A DNA stretch of 64,000 nt. Source: Octopus sinensis. Lineage: Eukaryota. How positions within the stretch are numbered: position 1 is the stretch's first letter; each line of letters starts with the position of its first letter. The notes under the pieces are model-generated. The model had not been told where the DNA came from and ran no database searches. It saw only the letters and a list, made by a program, of their open reading frames with translations. This document shows, one piece after another, positions 1 through 64,000 of this stretch. The position numbers and the translations under genes were made by a program. The DNA lies in contig NC_043013.1 in the NCBI RefSeq assembly GCF_006345805.1, forward strand, positions 7,316,001-7,380,000, read 5' to 3'.

Positions 1-339
1 TGGTTGGTGTTTGGAAAAATATTCTTCCGGCCATAGAAACCATGCCAAAGGAGATACTGTACCTCAGAGCAGCCTTCTGGCTTGGATCCTGGTGTGAAAT
101 GATGATGGTGGTGGTGGTGGTGGCGGTGGTGATGATGATGGTGGTAATGGTGACGATGCTATTGATTATGATGGTGATTGTGTCTATGCACTAATGTCAA
201 ACCTGTTTATAGTATGCATATTTTGACGGTTCATTCCGTCATTATCATGTTGATTTCTAATTCTTCTCAAATCTAAGTTGTCATCTTTACCTCTTCATTG
301 CCTTTGTTTTGTTTTTTCTTTTCCTTTTTCCTCAAACAG

Positions 340-63647
<63,308 letters not shown>

Positions 63648-64000
63648 GTAAGTGGTCTTCATATATCATTTTGTTTTGATGTTCGGTCTTTAGTATAATT
63701 TTTGCCTGCTTCTTTCTTTCTTTGTAAATGACATGTGTATGCAGAAACAGAAAAATATATGCAATCATATCATTTAAATGTGTGCTAACTGGGAACAAAA
63801 CTTATGGTCTTTTTATAAGAAAAGTAATTAACTATATTGATGCTCATAAGCCATATAATATAATCTCTTTGTATTATATTATGAATATAAATATATATGT
63901 ATTATGTCAAAGAATTGTAATCTCAGTTGTTGACTTTTTTTAATTGAAAATTTAGACAATTTAATAATACTTCGTCTATAGCAAGATACCGGTTTCTGCC

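Overview
Eukaryotic, AT-rich, microsatellite- and SINE-dense animal DNA. The repeat landscape suggests an octopus/coleoid cephalopod (inference). The whole window lies inside one plus-strand gene, the furry (fry/FRY/FRYL, Tao3/Mor2 family) orthologue. I traced 32 coding exons of its C-terminal half by hand (340-63647). The start and final exon(s) lie outside the window. All junctions are phase-consistent except the first. Homology calls use the human FRY sequence as recalled from memory, not a database search. Highlights: (1) a U12-type AT-AC minor-spliceosome intron (52045-53783) that is required to keep the reading frame and the alignment; (2) a complete 406-bp TSD-flanked non-autonomous RTE-type element (22728-23133, minus) whose first nucleotide is position 1 of a candidate HDV-like self-cleaving ribozyme fold; (3) three frame-preserving small exons (69, 27, 18 nt) in a 15-kb gap, one with upstream UGC motifs typical of neural microexons; (4) a probable GC-AG donor; (5) a candidate box C/D snoRNA inside the U12 intron; (6) a TAATCC-rich higher-order minisatellite, several fold-back elements, and RTE, CR1, R4/Dong-like and piggyBac-like mobile-element remnants. 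Most ORFs in the supplied track are microsatellite or SINE artefacts. Repeat boundaries are approximate unless a TSD fixes them.
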